Positions 40,529 to 53,300 of a stretch of DNA of 64,000 nucleotides are shown piece after piece (positions within the stretch are counted from its first letter, which is position 1; each line of letters begins with the position of its first letter). The notes under the pieces are model-generated. The model saw only the letters and a list, made by a program, of their open reading frames with translations. It had not been told where the DNA came from and did not search any database. The DNA is from Eledone cirrhosa (lineage: Eukaryota). Position numbers and translations under genes: made by a program. The stretch spans positions 405,852,001-405,916,000 of the forward strand of contig OZ024741.1 of assembly GCA_964016885.1 (NCBI GenBank). Direction: 5' to 3'.

Positions 40529-41482
40529 CTATCCGTTAGGGTATAACGTGGGGCTGTAATACAGGAAAGTTTTGTGCAATTTATGTTTACAAGCCGAAAT
40601 TGCCTCAGATTTTTTGTTTAAGATGTGGTCTGTGGCGTAGAGTATTTCCAGGGCCTCAGCGGCGCAGAGGTCACATGGTCTTTTATTTCCGTTATACGAT
40701 CTAGCCCTAGCTAGGATCTCCCAGTGTAACTTATATTGGGTGTGGTTGTCTTTTAGACTCCAGATATAAGCTGAAAGTGACGTCATATTCCTTCTTAGAG
40801 GGTAACGAAAAGAATGGGTATGCATATAAAGACGCTGCTTGAAACTATTGGCGGTTAACCCTATGTAGGCCCTACGGGACGTGGGTGTTACAACCTTACA
40901 TTTGTAGACAATGTTACTAGAGAGGCATTTCCCGGATAGGGGGCAATCAGCCCGATTCCTACAATTACAGTTAGTACTAACTACAGGGTTGCACGTGTTC
41001 CTACGGCTAGGTAGTTTAGCTAAATTTGAAGCTGTGATGTTATGTGCAAGGTTAGGAATCGTAGAGTAAGAAATTTTAATAGTATTTCTATTAAAAATTT
41101 TACTATATTTATGTGTAGGGGGAAAATGCTTCGTAATAAGGGAAAGAAAGATCTTAGCTAATGGTGTGGCCACCTCCATATTATATGGTGGGTTAAACCA
41201 ACAAATGCGACGGGATCTATTTCTTCTAGGTCTATTTTCGTACTCTGTATATGCTACCTTATCGACAAATCCACTTTGAGCAAGAGCTTCATTGTAATAA
41301 GTGGAATGGTCGTTGAAAATACGCTCGTTGGTGGAAAGACGGGAAAGACTCAACGAAACGTTTCTTACCAGGTTCTTGGTTATGCTGGCAGGATGGTTGG
41401 AATGCTTACTTATGTAATTAAGCGTATCATTCGGCTTTCTATACGGGTAATACAACCCATTCAATAAATTGAGGGTAACGTC
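40529..41482 (-). pseudogene. PLE ORF C-terminal part: RT thumb, CxCx5Cx5C motif, GIY-YIG endonuclease (5'-truncated, frame open)
   Basis: DVTLNL..YPYRKPND..SNHP, WFNPPY, CNCRNRADCPLSGKC, IVYKC..AYIGLT..FKQRLYMH, CDLCAAE. Confidence 0.9.
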
Positions 41483-41974
41483 GCTAAACTACCTAGCCGT
41501 ATGAACACGTGCAACCCTGTAGTTAGTACTAACTGTAATTGTAGGAATCGGGTTGATTGCCCCCTATCCGGGAAATGCCTCTCTAGTAACATTGTCTACA
41601 AATGTAAGGTTGTAACACCCACGTCCCGTAGGGCCTACATAGGGTTAACCGCCAATTGATTCAAGCAGCGTCTTTACATGCATACCCATTCTTTTCGTTA
41701 CCCTCTAAGAAGGAATATGACGTCACTTTCAGCTTATATCTGGAGTCTAAAAGACAACCACACCCAATATAAGTTACACTGGGAGATCCTAGCTAGGGCT
41801 AGATCGTATAACGGAAATAAAAGACCATGTGACGTCTGCGCCGCTGAGGCCCTGGAAATACTCTACGCCACAGACCACATCTTAAACAAAAAATCTGAGG
41901 CAATTTCGGCTTGTAAACATAAATTGCACAAAACTTTCCTCTATTACAGCCCCACGTTATACCCTAACGGATAG
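41483..41974 (+). pseudogene. Inverted duplicate of the PLE GIY-YIG region with an in-frame stop
   Basis: Same peptide as the 40529 ORF; aattga at ~41655 replaces aatagt. Confidence 0.88.
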
Positions 41975-42910
41975 TACGATTTATACGTGGATATTTTACG
42001 TCCTAGTGTGGGAGCTAAGTATATGTTTTGTTTATACCATTACTTATTTGCATAGGTAAGTATATTTTACCCGTACGTTTTGTGAAGGTACGTATACCTT
42101 CTCGTACGTATATTTGATTGTTTATGTTATGGCGTATAATTTTATATATTCTGGTACATATGGTTTGGCTATGTGTATACAGGAGTTTTGCGTCTGTGTG
42201 AGTATGCAGGTTCGTACGTATGTAGGGTGTATGTATATGTGTACTTCATGTTTTGGTTGACTTACGTCTCCGAACATTCGTGTATTTACATGTAGGTATG
42301 TGTGTGCGCTTGTTATATACGTATTTATTTATTTATATACGTTTATATAATTATTCATTTATTTGTATACACGCATACACACACAGACATATTTATATGT
42401 GCGTGGTTTTGTATACCTATGGTAAGGTTTTGCGTATGCTTGTGTATGTACGTATTTGTTTGCGTGTATGTATTTATTTATTTCTATTACTTCTGTATTG
42501 TATTTATTTACTTTGTACTTAACTCTGTAGCGGAGATTCATTCGGTCTCCTAGTTAGAATTTTAGTCTACGACTTCTGCTATACCATTTACGTGGTTTTG
42601 TCTTTGCGTGCTATTGTTCTCCATGCTCCACATTGACGTATTATCTTCGTTTTTTTTCGTTCATTGCCAGAGAACGTCTCTATGAACCACCTAAGAGAAC
42701 ATTAGTCTACGACCTCTTTTATACCATAAACGTGGTTCTGTATTTGCGCGTAATTGTTTTTCACCGCTCCTATTAATGACGTATTATATTCGTTTTTTCC
42801 CGTTCTTTGCCAGGGAACGTTTCCACGAACCAAAGTATCGTCTTCCTGTCTTCCTCCGGTTGCAACGTTTTTTGAAATATCCAGTTCTGCGTTTACAGAT
42901 TGACTTTGTT

Positions 42911-42961
42911 AGTTTCAGAAGATCCCGTTAAGGGTGAAAGCAGCGATTCTTTGCTTAAACT
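42911..42961 (+). ncRNA. Variant HHR-like motif (CAGAAGA core)
   Basis: agttt-CAGAAGA-t ccc gttaa ggg t-GAAA-gcag cgattct ttgc-TT-aaact. Confidence 0.5.
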
Positions 42962-43630
42962 TTAATCTGTTATTTTAATAAATATTTGCTCTACGGTTCT
43001 TATATATTTGATATATATCTATCCTTATCGATTTTAGTCTTCAAATTCATTATTATTACTATATATATATATATATATATATATGCTAGCGATCCTATCC
43101 TGTCACCCATCTTGTGAAGAATAGATCTCTTTATCTAACTTTTCTAGACTACAATTCGTAACAGTATTTGACATTTTATTACAAATCTTTTCAGACGGTA
43201 TTACACCCTGTTTCAATGATTAGCGGTCAGGTGATATGAGTAATGAGTCTATATGAGTCCATGTTCAGATAATGACAGACCCAGAAGATGACCGCACATG
43301 TTTCAATATGAATAGCTTATGACATGTTGCATGATGGCGGATTAGATTGTTAAAAATATATAAAATATTATCTTTATTTAATAATTACATTTACATTTCC
43401 CGTTAAAAATGTAATATTTTAAAGTATCCATTGTGTAAATAAATAAAGTTACCGTTGTCTTTGGTTTCTGCTGTTAACTTTTGTATTTGTTTGGTTCTTT
43501 TTTGGCGAATTAAGAGAGTCGTGTACAAGAAATGGCAGATTACAAAGTATTTTAGGTCTGTTAATTTAGCAGTCCTCTGAGACATCAAAATAATCTGCTA
43601 TTGTGTTGTTAAGCCTTAAGAAAATATTAA

Positions 43631-43805
43631 GTAGAAACATGTGCTTATGCCGTATTTGGTAACACATTGGTCCGGCAAACCAAAGATGTGGGTTCGTGTC
43701 CCATGTACGTCAATACTCATCCTTTTTTTCATTCAGAGTTTTTTTAAATCCCAACTAACAGACTAATTCTATTTAGTCAAATACGGCATAAGCACGTGTT
43801 ACCAC
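43631..43805. mobile_element. tRNA-like-headed repeat with a short inverted copy of its 3' end
   Basis: ttggt ccggcaa accaa (anticodon-arm-like), gtggg ttcgtgt cccat (T-arm-like), gtacgtca; IR gtgcttatgccgtatttg / caaatacggcataagcac. Confidence 0.55.
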
Positions 43806-44911
43806 CTAATTTTCAAATTCGCTAGCCGTTTGTAAACAAAGCCTGATTTGTTTCTCTCTATATATTAAGAAAATATATTCCACATGCCACCACGATAAAT
43901 GAAACTTATGGGTTAGTCCGCTTCGTGATCCCAGGGGACGATGGCGAAAGAGATCCCTCGTGATCCCTTCAGAAGATGGCGAAAGAGATGTACTGGGACT
44001 GCCACTCCGCTTCACAGGGCACGTCCTTGCGGTTAGCCAACTTCGTTCCGATAGCAGTAAGAAGGGATGTGCCCTGGGGGCCAAGAACACCGGAAGTTTC
44101 CACTGCCACAGGCCCGACCACAAATCTAACAGAGAACGGACTGTACCTTGACAGTTTTCTCTCTTCGGCCTGGTGAGCAGCGAAGCCAAAGCTGGTAGCT
44201 GAACGCAATGAATTAGTAGAATTTTGTTATAGTCGTTAAGTGGTAAATTGTCACAATTGTTAGTCATTAGAATGTCGAATTAAATGCAATGTAGCATTTT
44301 TTATTTATTTCTCTACACTATGAGTTCATTTTCCAGCGACATCAACTCAGCTTTTCGTCCTTTCGAAGTCGACAAATAAAATAATTATTGAGGTACGATG
44401 GATTGGTGGAATTGATGAATACTTGGATAACATGTCATGCGGTGTCTCTCCTGGTTCCGTATGTTTTGAATTCAAATCTCACTTCCTATCACCAGAAAAA
44501 CGGCGAGACTTCTGCATCAGTGATGGAAAGACGAAACAATTTCCTTCGTCAGATTTAAGTTAAGAATTGGTCTTTCCTTTCCTGACAGCTGAACAATTAC
44601 AATAACAGTAGCTACAACAACAAAAATAACATCATTTGCAATAATGTATTCGACTGAAAAGAAAAACTGGTACAATCAATTGCAATTGTCTACTCAGAAT
44701 AGTTTTATGTTTTTTTCCTTTGGTTTTAAGTGCGAAAGTTAACAGTTTTTTGTAAGACAACCGCCGTGATTTCCTCTTCTGTAGCATTGCCAATAGAACT
44801 ACTGAGATGTCAACGAGTTTGTCATGTTCATTTGTTGCTTATTTACTTCTTTTAACTGTCAAATATTGTTTACTAGGAATAACAGCAAACAAAACAACAT
44901 TTCTTTTTAAA

Positions 44912-44977
<66 letters not shown>

Positions 44978-45008
44978 AGAATATTTTCGAAACAGCGAGT
45001 GGATTTGA

Positions 45009-45246
45009 AATTATTAGAAATGTTAGCTATCGCCGTATTTTGACTAAAGAAATTAAAGAAATTATTTAGCCTGATAGTGGGGTTAAGAACCCTCGGAGAA
45101 ATGGAAAAAGATGAGTATTGACGTACATGTACGTCAATACTCATCTTTTTCCATTTCTCCGAGGGTGCTTAACCCCACTATCAGGCTAAATAATTTCTTT
45201 AATTTCTTTAGTCAAAATACGGCGATAACTAACATTTCTAATAATT
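45009..45246. repeat. 238-bp spacerless palindrome between (TA)n tracts
   Basis: Centre tgacgtaca|tgtacgtca at 45127/45128; ~2 mismatches. Confidence 0.93.
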
Positions 45247-45750
45247 ATATATATATATATATATATCCAAAATTAAAATTAAGGATTGTCATGTCTGAGA
45301 GACATGCGCCATATCCACCGTAGAATAAGCTCAAAGATTAGATCCGAGCATTACATCTCAACTATTTCTGGCTGTCGATGGTCCTATTCACGCCACTGGG
45401 ATGACGTTATTCAACGAGTGTATTTTTTTTTAAATGCAACACGTGGTTCGAATCATTCACAGATTTGCATTTGCTTTGTAAACACAGATGGTTATTTTTC
45501 TTCTCCTTTGGTGAACATCCAAGAATTTAACTGGTGTGATTTACGGATTAATAGGTGAAATATATTTCTTACTTAAAGAAATATATACAAAGGAGATTAA
45601 TCATTTTAAAAGGTATCTATATTTGAAGTTCTAGTCAAACTTTAATTAGTTCCTACCTAACTATGTGTGCCTACATTCTTTACAAATTATTCCCTGTGAT
45701 TGTTTCATGTATTTATTTTATATATATAGATGTCAATCTATTTCTAGTTG

Positions 45751-45796
<46 letters not shown>

Positions 45797-45892
45797 CAAA
45801 ATAAGCACATCTTTCTAAGCACCTAAATTCATGCCGTTGGTCTATGCAACACATCTGTCCCTGCATATATACATACATATTCATCCAAGATC

Positions 45893-48115
45893 ACTGTGAA
45901 AATCATCACAGATGAGCAAACAGCTGGAAAGAAAGGGGTTAGGGGATGTGCTGGACAACTCCTAATCAACAAAACTGCGATGTCGGAGGTGCGACAACTT
46001 AGGAGGAATATGGCTCCAGTCTGGCTGGACTACAGGAAAGCTTTTGATTCTGTTCCCCACTCTTGGATGATAGAGGCCCTCCGACTTGCTAAAGTCCCAG
46101 ACATTATTATCAGAGCCATAGAGAAGCTGTCTTCTTGGGCTACTATCCTAAGGGTAAAGACAGAGAAGGATGACTCTATTTTCACTGATAAAATAAAATA
46201 TCGCAGGGGTAAATTTCAGGGAGACAGTCCCTCTGTGATATTATTCATCCTGTCATTAAACCCCTTGTCCTTTCTGCTCACAGGTGGACAGAAATACGAA
46301 CCTAACCCATAATTTCTTTGTGGATGATCTGAAACTCTATGCCAAGAACATTGATGGGATGAAGAAAAATCTTGACCTGGTTACAACGTTCTCAAAGGAT
46401 ATAGGAATGGAGTTTGGCCAAGATAAATGCTCGTATTTGACTGTAAAGCGGGGGAAAACAACAACCCAATCTAGCAACATTTGTATCAATGGCCTAACTG
46501 TTTCACCAATATCTGACGAGGACTGCTACAGATACCTGGTAATAGATGAGAACATATCCTATAATGGCATCTGTAATAAGGAACGCGTAACCAGGGAATA
46601 CTACACCCGATTAAGAAAGATCTGGTCATCGGAACTCTCTGCGCAAAACAAAACAGTGGCTCACAATGTGTTTGCTGTGCCTGTCCTAACACCAACATTT
46701 GGAATACTCAATTGGATGATAGACGAAATCCGAGCGATTGATGTTAGAACTCGAAAAATACTAAACAACACCGGAAACTTCCACATCAACAGTGACATAG
46801 ACCACCTTTACTTGAAACGTAAGCAGGGAGGCAGAGGCCTAACATCAGTCCAGACAGCATTTGAATGACGCATCATATCCCTCCGACAACATCTACGAAC
46901 CTCAAAGCGTAGGAGCCCGTCTCTCGACCAAGTCTATCTGCATGAAACAGATAAGATCATGAGAGTTGGGAAGGAACTCCTCGAGAGGTATTCCCTGTGT
47001 GATAATCAAAAACTCACACTCAGGGAAGTTGCTCATCAGCATAGCAGTGAATCCATGGATGAAAAACTGCATGCTTATCAGGAAAAAATCATGCATGGAT
47101 ATGTTGCCAGGAAGCTACAGAGTGAGATTAATATAGATAAAAAAAGTAGTCTTGGACCAACAACTGCTATATTGGCTCTCACTTTGAAGGATACGCTTTT
47201 GCAATCCAAGAACATGAAATCAACACGAAATACCTGATTCACAAAAGAGATAGGGATGCAGGCAAAACACCTAGATGTGATAACCAGTGCAGACTCTGCA
47301 GAACTAACATCGAGGATATCACCCATGTCATCAGCAGCTGTCCAGAGATGTCATCGCGGTACTGTCTACCTATGAGGCATGATGTAGTGGCCAAAACACT
47401 GTACAATGCAATCCGTAGAACAGATAGCCCCGATAATAAACACATTAAAAGCTACAACAATGTGGAAGACATCCATATACATAATATGAAATTGTACTGG
47501 TGGAATGTTCCAGTAAAAACCCCAATAAAATGCAGGCATAACAGACCAGATATTATGATATGGGACAGGGAGAAGAAAACATGCACAGTAGTGGAAATTA
47601 GCTGCCCAGCAGATGCCAATATAATATCAAAGATTAGCGAAAAGGAGAATATTTATGCAGAACTGATGAGAAATCTGTAGATACTCCACCCTGATTATAC
47701 CTTCAGATTTATGCCTGTGATTATTGGGGCACTGGGGTATGTTAGTAACTGCCTCAATACAAATCTTGAGAAGCTAGGCTTCACAGGAACAGAAAAAACA
47801 CTAGTTAGGAAATTACAAGTACAATCCATTAATGGAACAGTAAAAATATGTAAAACATTCCAAAAATGTTGCATCTAATAACTGCATATACACATTTACA
47901 GATACTAAGCATATACACATGCACACATACAACTCAAAACATCCACATCCACACATACCATAACATCCATACCTACACATTCATGCATGCAGACAGACAT
48001 ACATAATCTACCTAGTTGATGTTGTGTAAATTCCAATGAGAGAGTTTTGTAACTATGTTAGAAACCGACTCTCTCTCTATTGGCAAGCGTTTGTGTAATT
48101 ATAAAACCAGAAGAA
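45893..48115 (+). mobile_element. R4/Dong-clade LINE (RT + CCHC + RLE), 5'-truncated and frameshifted
   Basis: WLDYRKAFDSVPH, FQGDS, FVDDLKLYA, GGRGL, CRLCRTNIEDITHVISSC, RHD, NRPDI..VEISCP; 3' UTR hairpin at ~48033-48082. Confidence 0.9.
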
Positions 48116-48116
48116 C

Positions 48117-49411
48117 ATACATACATACAAACATACATACATGGTGGCTGCCAACTCGTTTTCGAGTACGGCCACTACTTTATATCCATGTAGGAGAGCC
48201 CCTACCGATGCGCTGAATAAGTGTGACTTTTTAGTCCAGCCAGCGACTTGAAAACTCTGGTACAAACACTACACTTGTGACAATTATTGACACATAGTGC
48301 TGGGCCCATGGTACCACGTGATGACAAGTGCAGAGAGATCTCCAGATATAAAGCAATGCCTGTGCCGTGAAGGTTTTATAGTGAGCAAAGGCACTGCACA
48401 AAGCCAGTCCCACTCTCTTAACCAAGATGATATTTAACAAAAAGAAGAACAATTCAACATCATTGGATACCATCAGGGTTGCAGGTGTTATATCAGAGTT
48501 TTCCTTCTCCTAGAATTCTGCCTTGACAAAGGCTAAGGGGTCATCTCTCCCGGTGATTTTGGATGGCCATTGACTCTTATGAGCTCCTTTGCCCTTTGAC
48601 AGGTTTTGTTTTTAGTCCTGCAGGATGTCCAAAGTCACCCTCCTCACCAAGAAATCTTGGTGGGGTAGCCAGTTTAGTCGCCAACGACCCGACCATGGGA
48701 CAGGTTATACTGGGATACATGTTACCAGTAGCACCAACTGGTGACCTGACATACATACATACATACATACATACATACATACATACATACATACATACAT
48801 ACATGGTGGCTGCCAACTCGTTTTCGAGTACGGCCACTACTTTATATCCATGTAGGAGAACCCCTACCGATGCGCTGAACGAGTGTGACTTTTTAGTCCA
48901 GCCAGTGACTTGAAAACTCTGGTACAAACACTACACTTGTGACAATTACCGACACATAGTGCTGGGCCCATGGTACCATGTAACGACAAGTGCAGAGAGA
49001 TCTTCAGATATAAAGCAATGCCTGTGCCGTGAAGCTTTTATAGTGAGCAAAGGCACTGCACAAAGCCAGTCCCACTCTCTTAACCAAGATGATATTTACC
49101 AAAAAGAAGAACAAGTCAACATCATTGGATACCATCAGGGTTGCAGGTGTTATATCAGAGTTTTCCTTCTCCTAGAATTCTGCCTTGACAAAACTAAGGG
49201 GTCATCTCTCCCGGTGATTTTGGATGGCCATTGACTCTTAAGAGCTCCTTTGCCTTTTGACAGGTTTTGTTTTTAGTCCTGCAGGATGTCCAAAGTCACC
49301 CTCCTCACCAAGAAACCTTGGTGGGGTTGCCAGTTTAGTCGCCAACGACTCGACAATGAGACAGGTTGTACTGGGATACATGTTACCAGTAGCACCAACT
49401 GGTGACCTGAC
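48117..49411 (-). mobile_element. Two tandem ~662-bp bipartite non-autonomous RTE derivatives separated by (TACA)n
   Basis: The minus strand has the RTE 5'-UTR-like motif ggagaaggaaaactctga and a C-terminal C2H2 finger HKCSVCTRVFKSLAGLKSHT(Y/R)SAH at 48202-48279 and 48864-48941, then a (ATGT)n tail. Confidence 0.75.
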
Positions 49412-49436
49412 ATACATACATACATACATACATACA

Positions 49437-49470
<34 letters not shown>

Positions 49471-49766
49471 CATACATACATACATACATACACATGATGG
49501 GTGCAATGTATGCCATCGAATGATATTTAAGTATGAGCATCACAGACGTGGCTTTTTTGGTTCTGCTCGAGACTTGCCTATGGCCAGCAATACCATGCAT
49601 CGCAAAAAATGTCACATATCAAACGATGCCTGAGCTTGGGGCTTTTTTAAGTGAGGAAAGGCTTTGCACGGGACCAATCCCACTTGGATACAAACGAAGT
49701 CGCAGGTTTCATCTCTGAGTGACCTTATCCTAGAGAGATGTCTTAATGAAGACTAGAAGTCTCTCG

Positions 49767-49817
<51 letters not shown>

Positions 49818-50079
49818 AACAGACAATTCTTGTAGTCAATAATGAAATATGACCTGGCATAAAATCTTCTGTCCATTGGATAATTCTCTATATTGGCCGT
49901 GTCAGTTGCCGCTAGACGATTACAAGTCCAAAGAGAGGCCACTGGCAGGTAGAAGTGGTAAAGTGATTGTCTTCAACAGATTTTGATAAATAATTCTGTA
50001 GTGACTGAGTTTAGTCGACAACAGAGAAGTGTTTTGTCAGTATAGATTGATATTAATCAATGTTGCCTTATATCATGTA

Positions 50080-50340
50080 CGGTGGTGATTGGCAATAGAA
50101 TCAGTAGAGCGTCGGACAACATGCTTTGTGTTATATAGTTACGGCTCTTTACGTTCTGATTTCAAATCCTGTCAAGGTTAGCTTTGACTTTCATCCTTAC
50201 GGGTGCCGATAAAATAAAGTAACTTGCCTTTCATTCATACGGGTTTGATAAGTACCAGTAACTCACTGGGGGTCATTTAATCGACTCCCTCCACAAAAAA
50301 AAAGATTGTTGGCTTTATTGCCTAAATCAGAAACGATTAT
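50080..50340 (+). mobile_element. SINE family A, diverged
   Basis: Head and body motifs present. Confidence 0.75.
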
Positions 50341-50371
50341 ATTTGCGTGGGGCCCATTTGCTCATAATAGT

Positions 50372-53300
50372 GAGAGATGGGGGATAGTGGGAGAGACGGA
50401 GACCGTGACAGTGGGAGTTTGGTTCCTTTGTGTTCAGACCTGGTGTATATGAGAGATGGGGGATAGTGGGAGAGACGGAGACCGTGACAGTGGGAGTTTG
50501 GTTCCTTTGTGTTCAGACCTGGTGTATATGAGAGATGGGGATATTGGGGGAGAGGGAGACCGTGACAGTGGGAGTTTGGTTCCTTTGTGTTCAGACCTGG
50601 TGTATATGAGAGATGGGGGATAGTGGGAGAGACGGAGACCGTGACAGTGGGAGTTTGGTTCCTTTGTGTTCAGACCTGGTGTATATGAGAGATGGGGATA
50701 TTGGGGGAGAGGGAGACCGTGACAGTGGGAGTTTGGTTCCTTTGTGTTCAGACCTGGTGTATATGAGAGATGGGGATAGTAGGGGAGAGGGAGACCGTGA
50801 CAGTGGGAGTTTGGTTCCTTTGTGTTCAGACCTGGTGTATATGAGAGATGGGGGATAGTGGGAGAGACGGAGACCGTGACAGTGGGAGTTTGGTTCCTTT
50901 GTGTTCAGACCTGGTGTATATGAGAGATGGGGATATTGGGGGAGAGGGAGACCGTGACAGTGGGAGTTTGGTTCCTTTGTGTTCAGACCTGGTGTATATG
51001 AGAGATGGGGATATTGGGGGAGAGGGAGACCGTGACAGTGGGAGTTTGGTTCCTTTGTGTTCAGACCTGGTGTATATGAGAGATGGGGATATTGGGGGAG
51101 ACGGAGACCGTGACAGTGGGAGTTTGGTTCCTTTGTGTTCCGCCCTGGTGTATATGAGAGATGGGGATATTGGGGGAGAGGGAGACCGTGACAGTGGGAG
51201 TTTGGTTCCTTTGTGTTCAGACCTGGTGTATATGAGAGATGGGGATATTGGGGGAGAGGGAGACCGTGACAGTGGGAGTTTGGTTCCTTTGTGTTCAGAC
51301 CTGGTGTATATGAGAGATGGGGGATAGTGGGAGAGACGGAGACCGTGACAGTGGGAGTTTGGTTCCTTTGTGTTCAGACCTGGTGTATATGAGAGATGGG
51401 GATATTGGGGGAGAGGGAGACCGTGACAGTGGGAGTTTGGTTCCTTTGTGTTCAGACCTGGTGTATATGAGAGATGGGGATAGTAGGGGAGAGGGAGACC
51501 GTGACAGTGGGAGTTTGGTTCCTTTGTGTTCAGACCTGGTGTATATGAGAGATGGGGATATTGGGGGAGAGGGAGACCGTGACAGTGGGAGTTTGGTTCC
51601 TTTGTGTTCAGACCTGGTGTATATGAGAGATGGGGATATTGGGGGAGAGGGAGACCGTGACAGTGGGAGTTTGGTTCCTTTGTGTTCAGACCTGGTGTAT
51701 ATGAGAGATGGGGATAGTAGGGGAGAGGGAGACCGTGACAGTGGGAGTTTGGTTCCTTTGTGTTCAGACCTGGTGTATATGAGAGATGGGGATATTGGGG
51801 GAGACGGAGACCGTGACAGTGGGAGTTTGGTTCCTTTGTGTTCAGACCTGGTGTATATGAGAGATGGGGATATTGGGGGAGAGGGAGACCGTGACAGTGG
51901 GAGTTTGGTTCCTTTGTGTTCAGACCTGGTGTATATGAGAGATGGGGATATTGGGGGAGAGGGAGACCGTGACAGTGGGAGTTTGGTTCCTTTGTGTTCA
52001 GACCTGGTGTATATGAGAGATGGGGATATTGGGGGAGAGGGAGACCGTGACAGTGGGAGTTTGGTTCCTTTGTGTTCAGACCTGGTGTATATGAGAGATG
52101 GGGATAGTAGGGGAGAGGGAGACCGTGACAGTGGGAGTTTGGTTCCTTTGTGTTCAGACCTGGTGTATATGAGAGATGGGGATATTGGGGGAGACGGAGA
52201 CCGTGACAGTGGGAGTTTGGTTCCTTTGTGTTCAGACCTGGTGTATATGAGAGATGGGGATAGTGGGAGAGAGGGAGACCGTGACAGTGGGAGTTTGGTT
52301 CCTTTGTGTTCAGACTTGGTGTATATGAGAGATAAGGATAGTAGGGGAGAGGGAGACCGTGACAGTGGGAGTTTGGTTCCTTTGTGTTCCGCCCTGGTGT
52401 ATATGAGAGATGGGGATATTGGGGGAGAGGGAGACCGTGACAGTGGGAGTTTGGTTCCTTTGTGTTCAGACCTGGTGTATATGAGAGATGGGGATAGTAG
52501 GGGAGAGGGAGACCGTGACAGTGGGAGTTTGGTTCCTTTGTGTTCAGACCTGGTGTATATGAGAGATGGGGATATTGGGGGAGAGGGAGACCGTGACAGT
52601 GGGAGTTTGGTTCCTTTGTGTTCAGACCTGGTGTATATGAGAGATGGGGATAGTAGGGGAGAGGGAGACCGTGACAGTGGGAGTTTGGTTCCTTTGTGTT
52701 CAGACCTGGTGTATATGAGAGATGGGGATATTGGGGGAGACGGAGACCGTGACAGTGGGAGTTTGGTTCCTTTGTGTTCAGACCTGGTGTATATGAGAGA
52801 TGGGGATATTGGGGGAGACGGAGACCGTGACAGTGGGAGTTTGGTTCCTTTGTGTTCAGACTTGGTGTATATGAGAGATGGGGATAGTGGGAGAGAGGGA
52901 GACCGTGACAGTGGGAGTTTGGTTCCTTTGTGTTCAGACTTGGTGTATATGAGAGATAAGGATAGTAGGGGAGAGGGAGACCGTGACAGTGGGAGTTTGG
53001 TTCCTTTGTGTTCAGACCTGGTGTATATGAGAGATGGGGATATTGGGGGAGACGGAGACCGTGACAGTGGGAGTTTGGTTCCTTTGTGTGCAGACCTGGT
53101 GTATATGAGAGATGGGGATATTGGGGGAGACGGAGACCGTGACAGTGGGAGTTTGGTTCCTTTGTGTTCAGACTTGGTGTATATGAGAGATGGGGATAGT
53201 GGGAGAGAGGGAGACCGTGACAGTGGGAGTTTGGTTCCTTTGTGTTCAGACTTGGTGTATATGAGAGATAAGGATAGTAGGGGAGAGGGAGACCGTGACA

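Larger units (their letters stand above)
39463..43060. mobile_element. PLE (probably Naiad-like) as an asymmetric inverted duplication: minus copy 39463-41482, plus copy 41483-43060
   Basis: 39463-41020 is the reverse complement of 41483-43060; both outer ends abut TA tracts. Confidence 0.93.

Noticed and set aside
40529-43060. Selenocysteine/SECIS of the kind reported for some Naiad PLEs
   Set aside because: All motif cysteines are TGY in the open arm, the TGA at ~41657 replaces Ser in one arm only, and I found no convincing SECIS.
43806-44267. 153-aa minus-strand ORF in a GC-richer patch
   Set aside because: No recognisable motif or splice support; probably a decayed repeat fragment.
44520-44560. 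Minus-strand CTGACGA followed by a hairpin
   Set aside because: No GAAA or UH elements in the required position.
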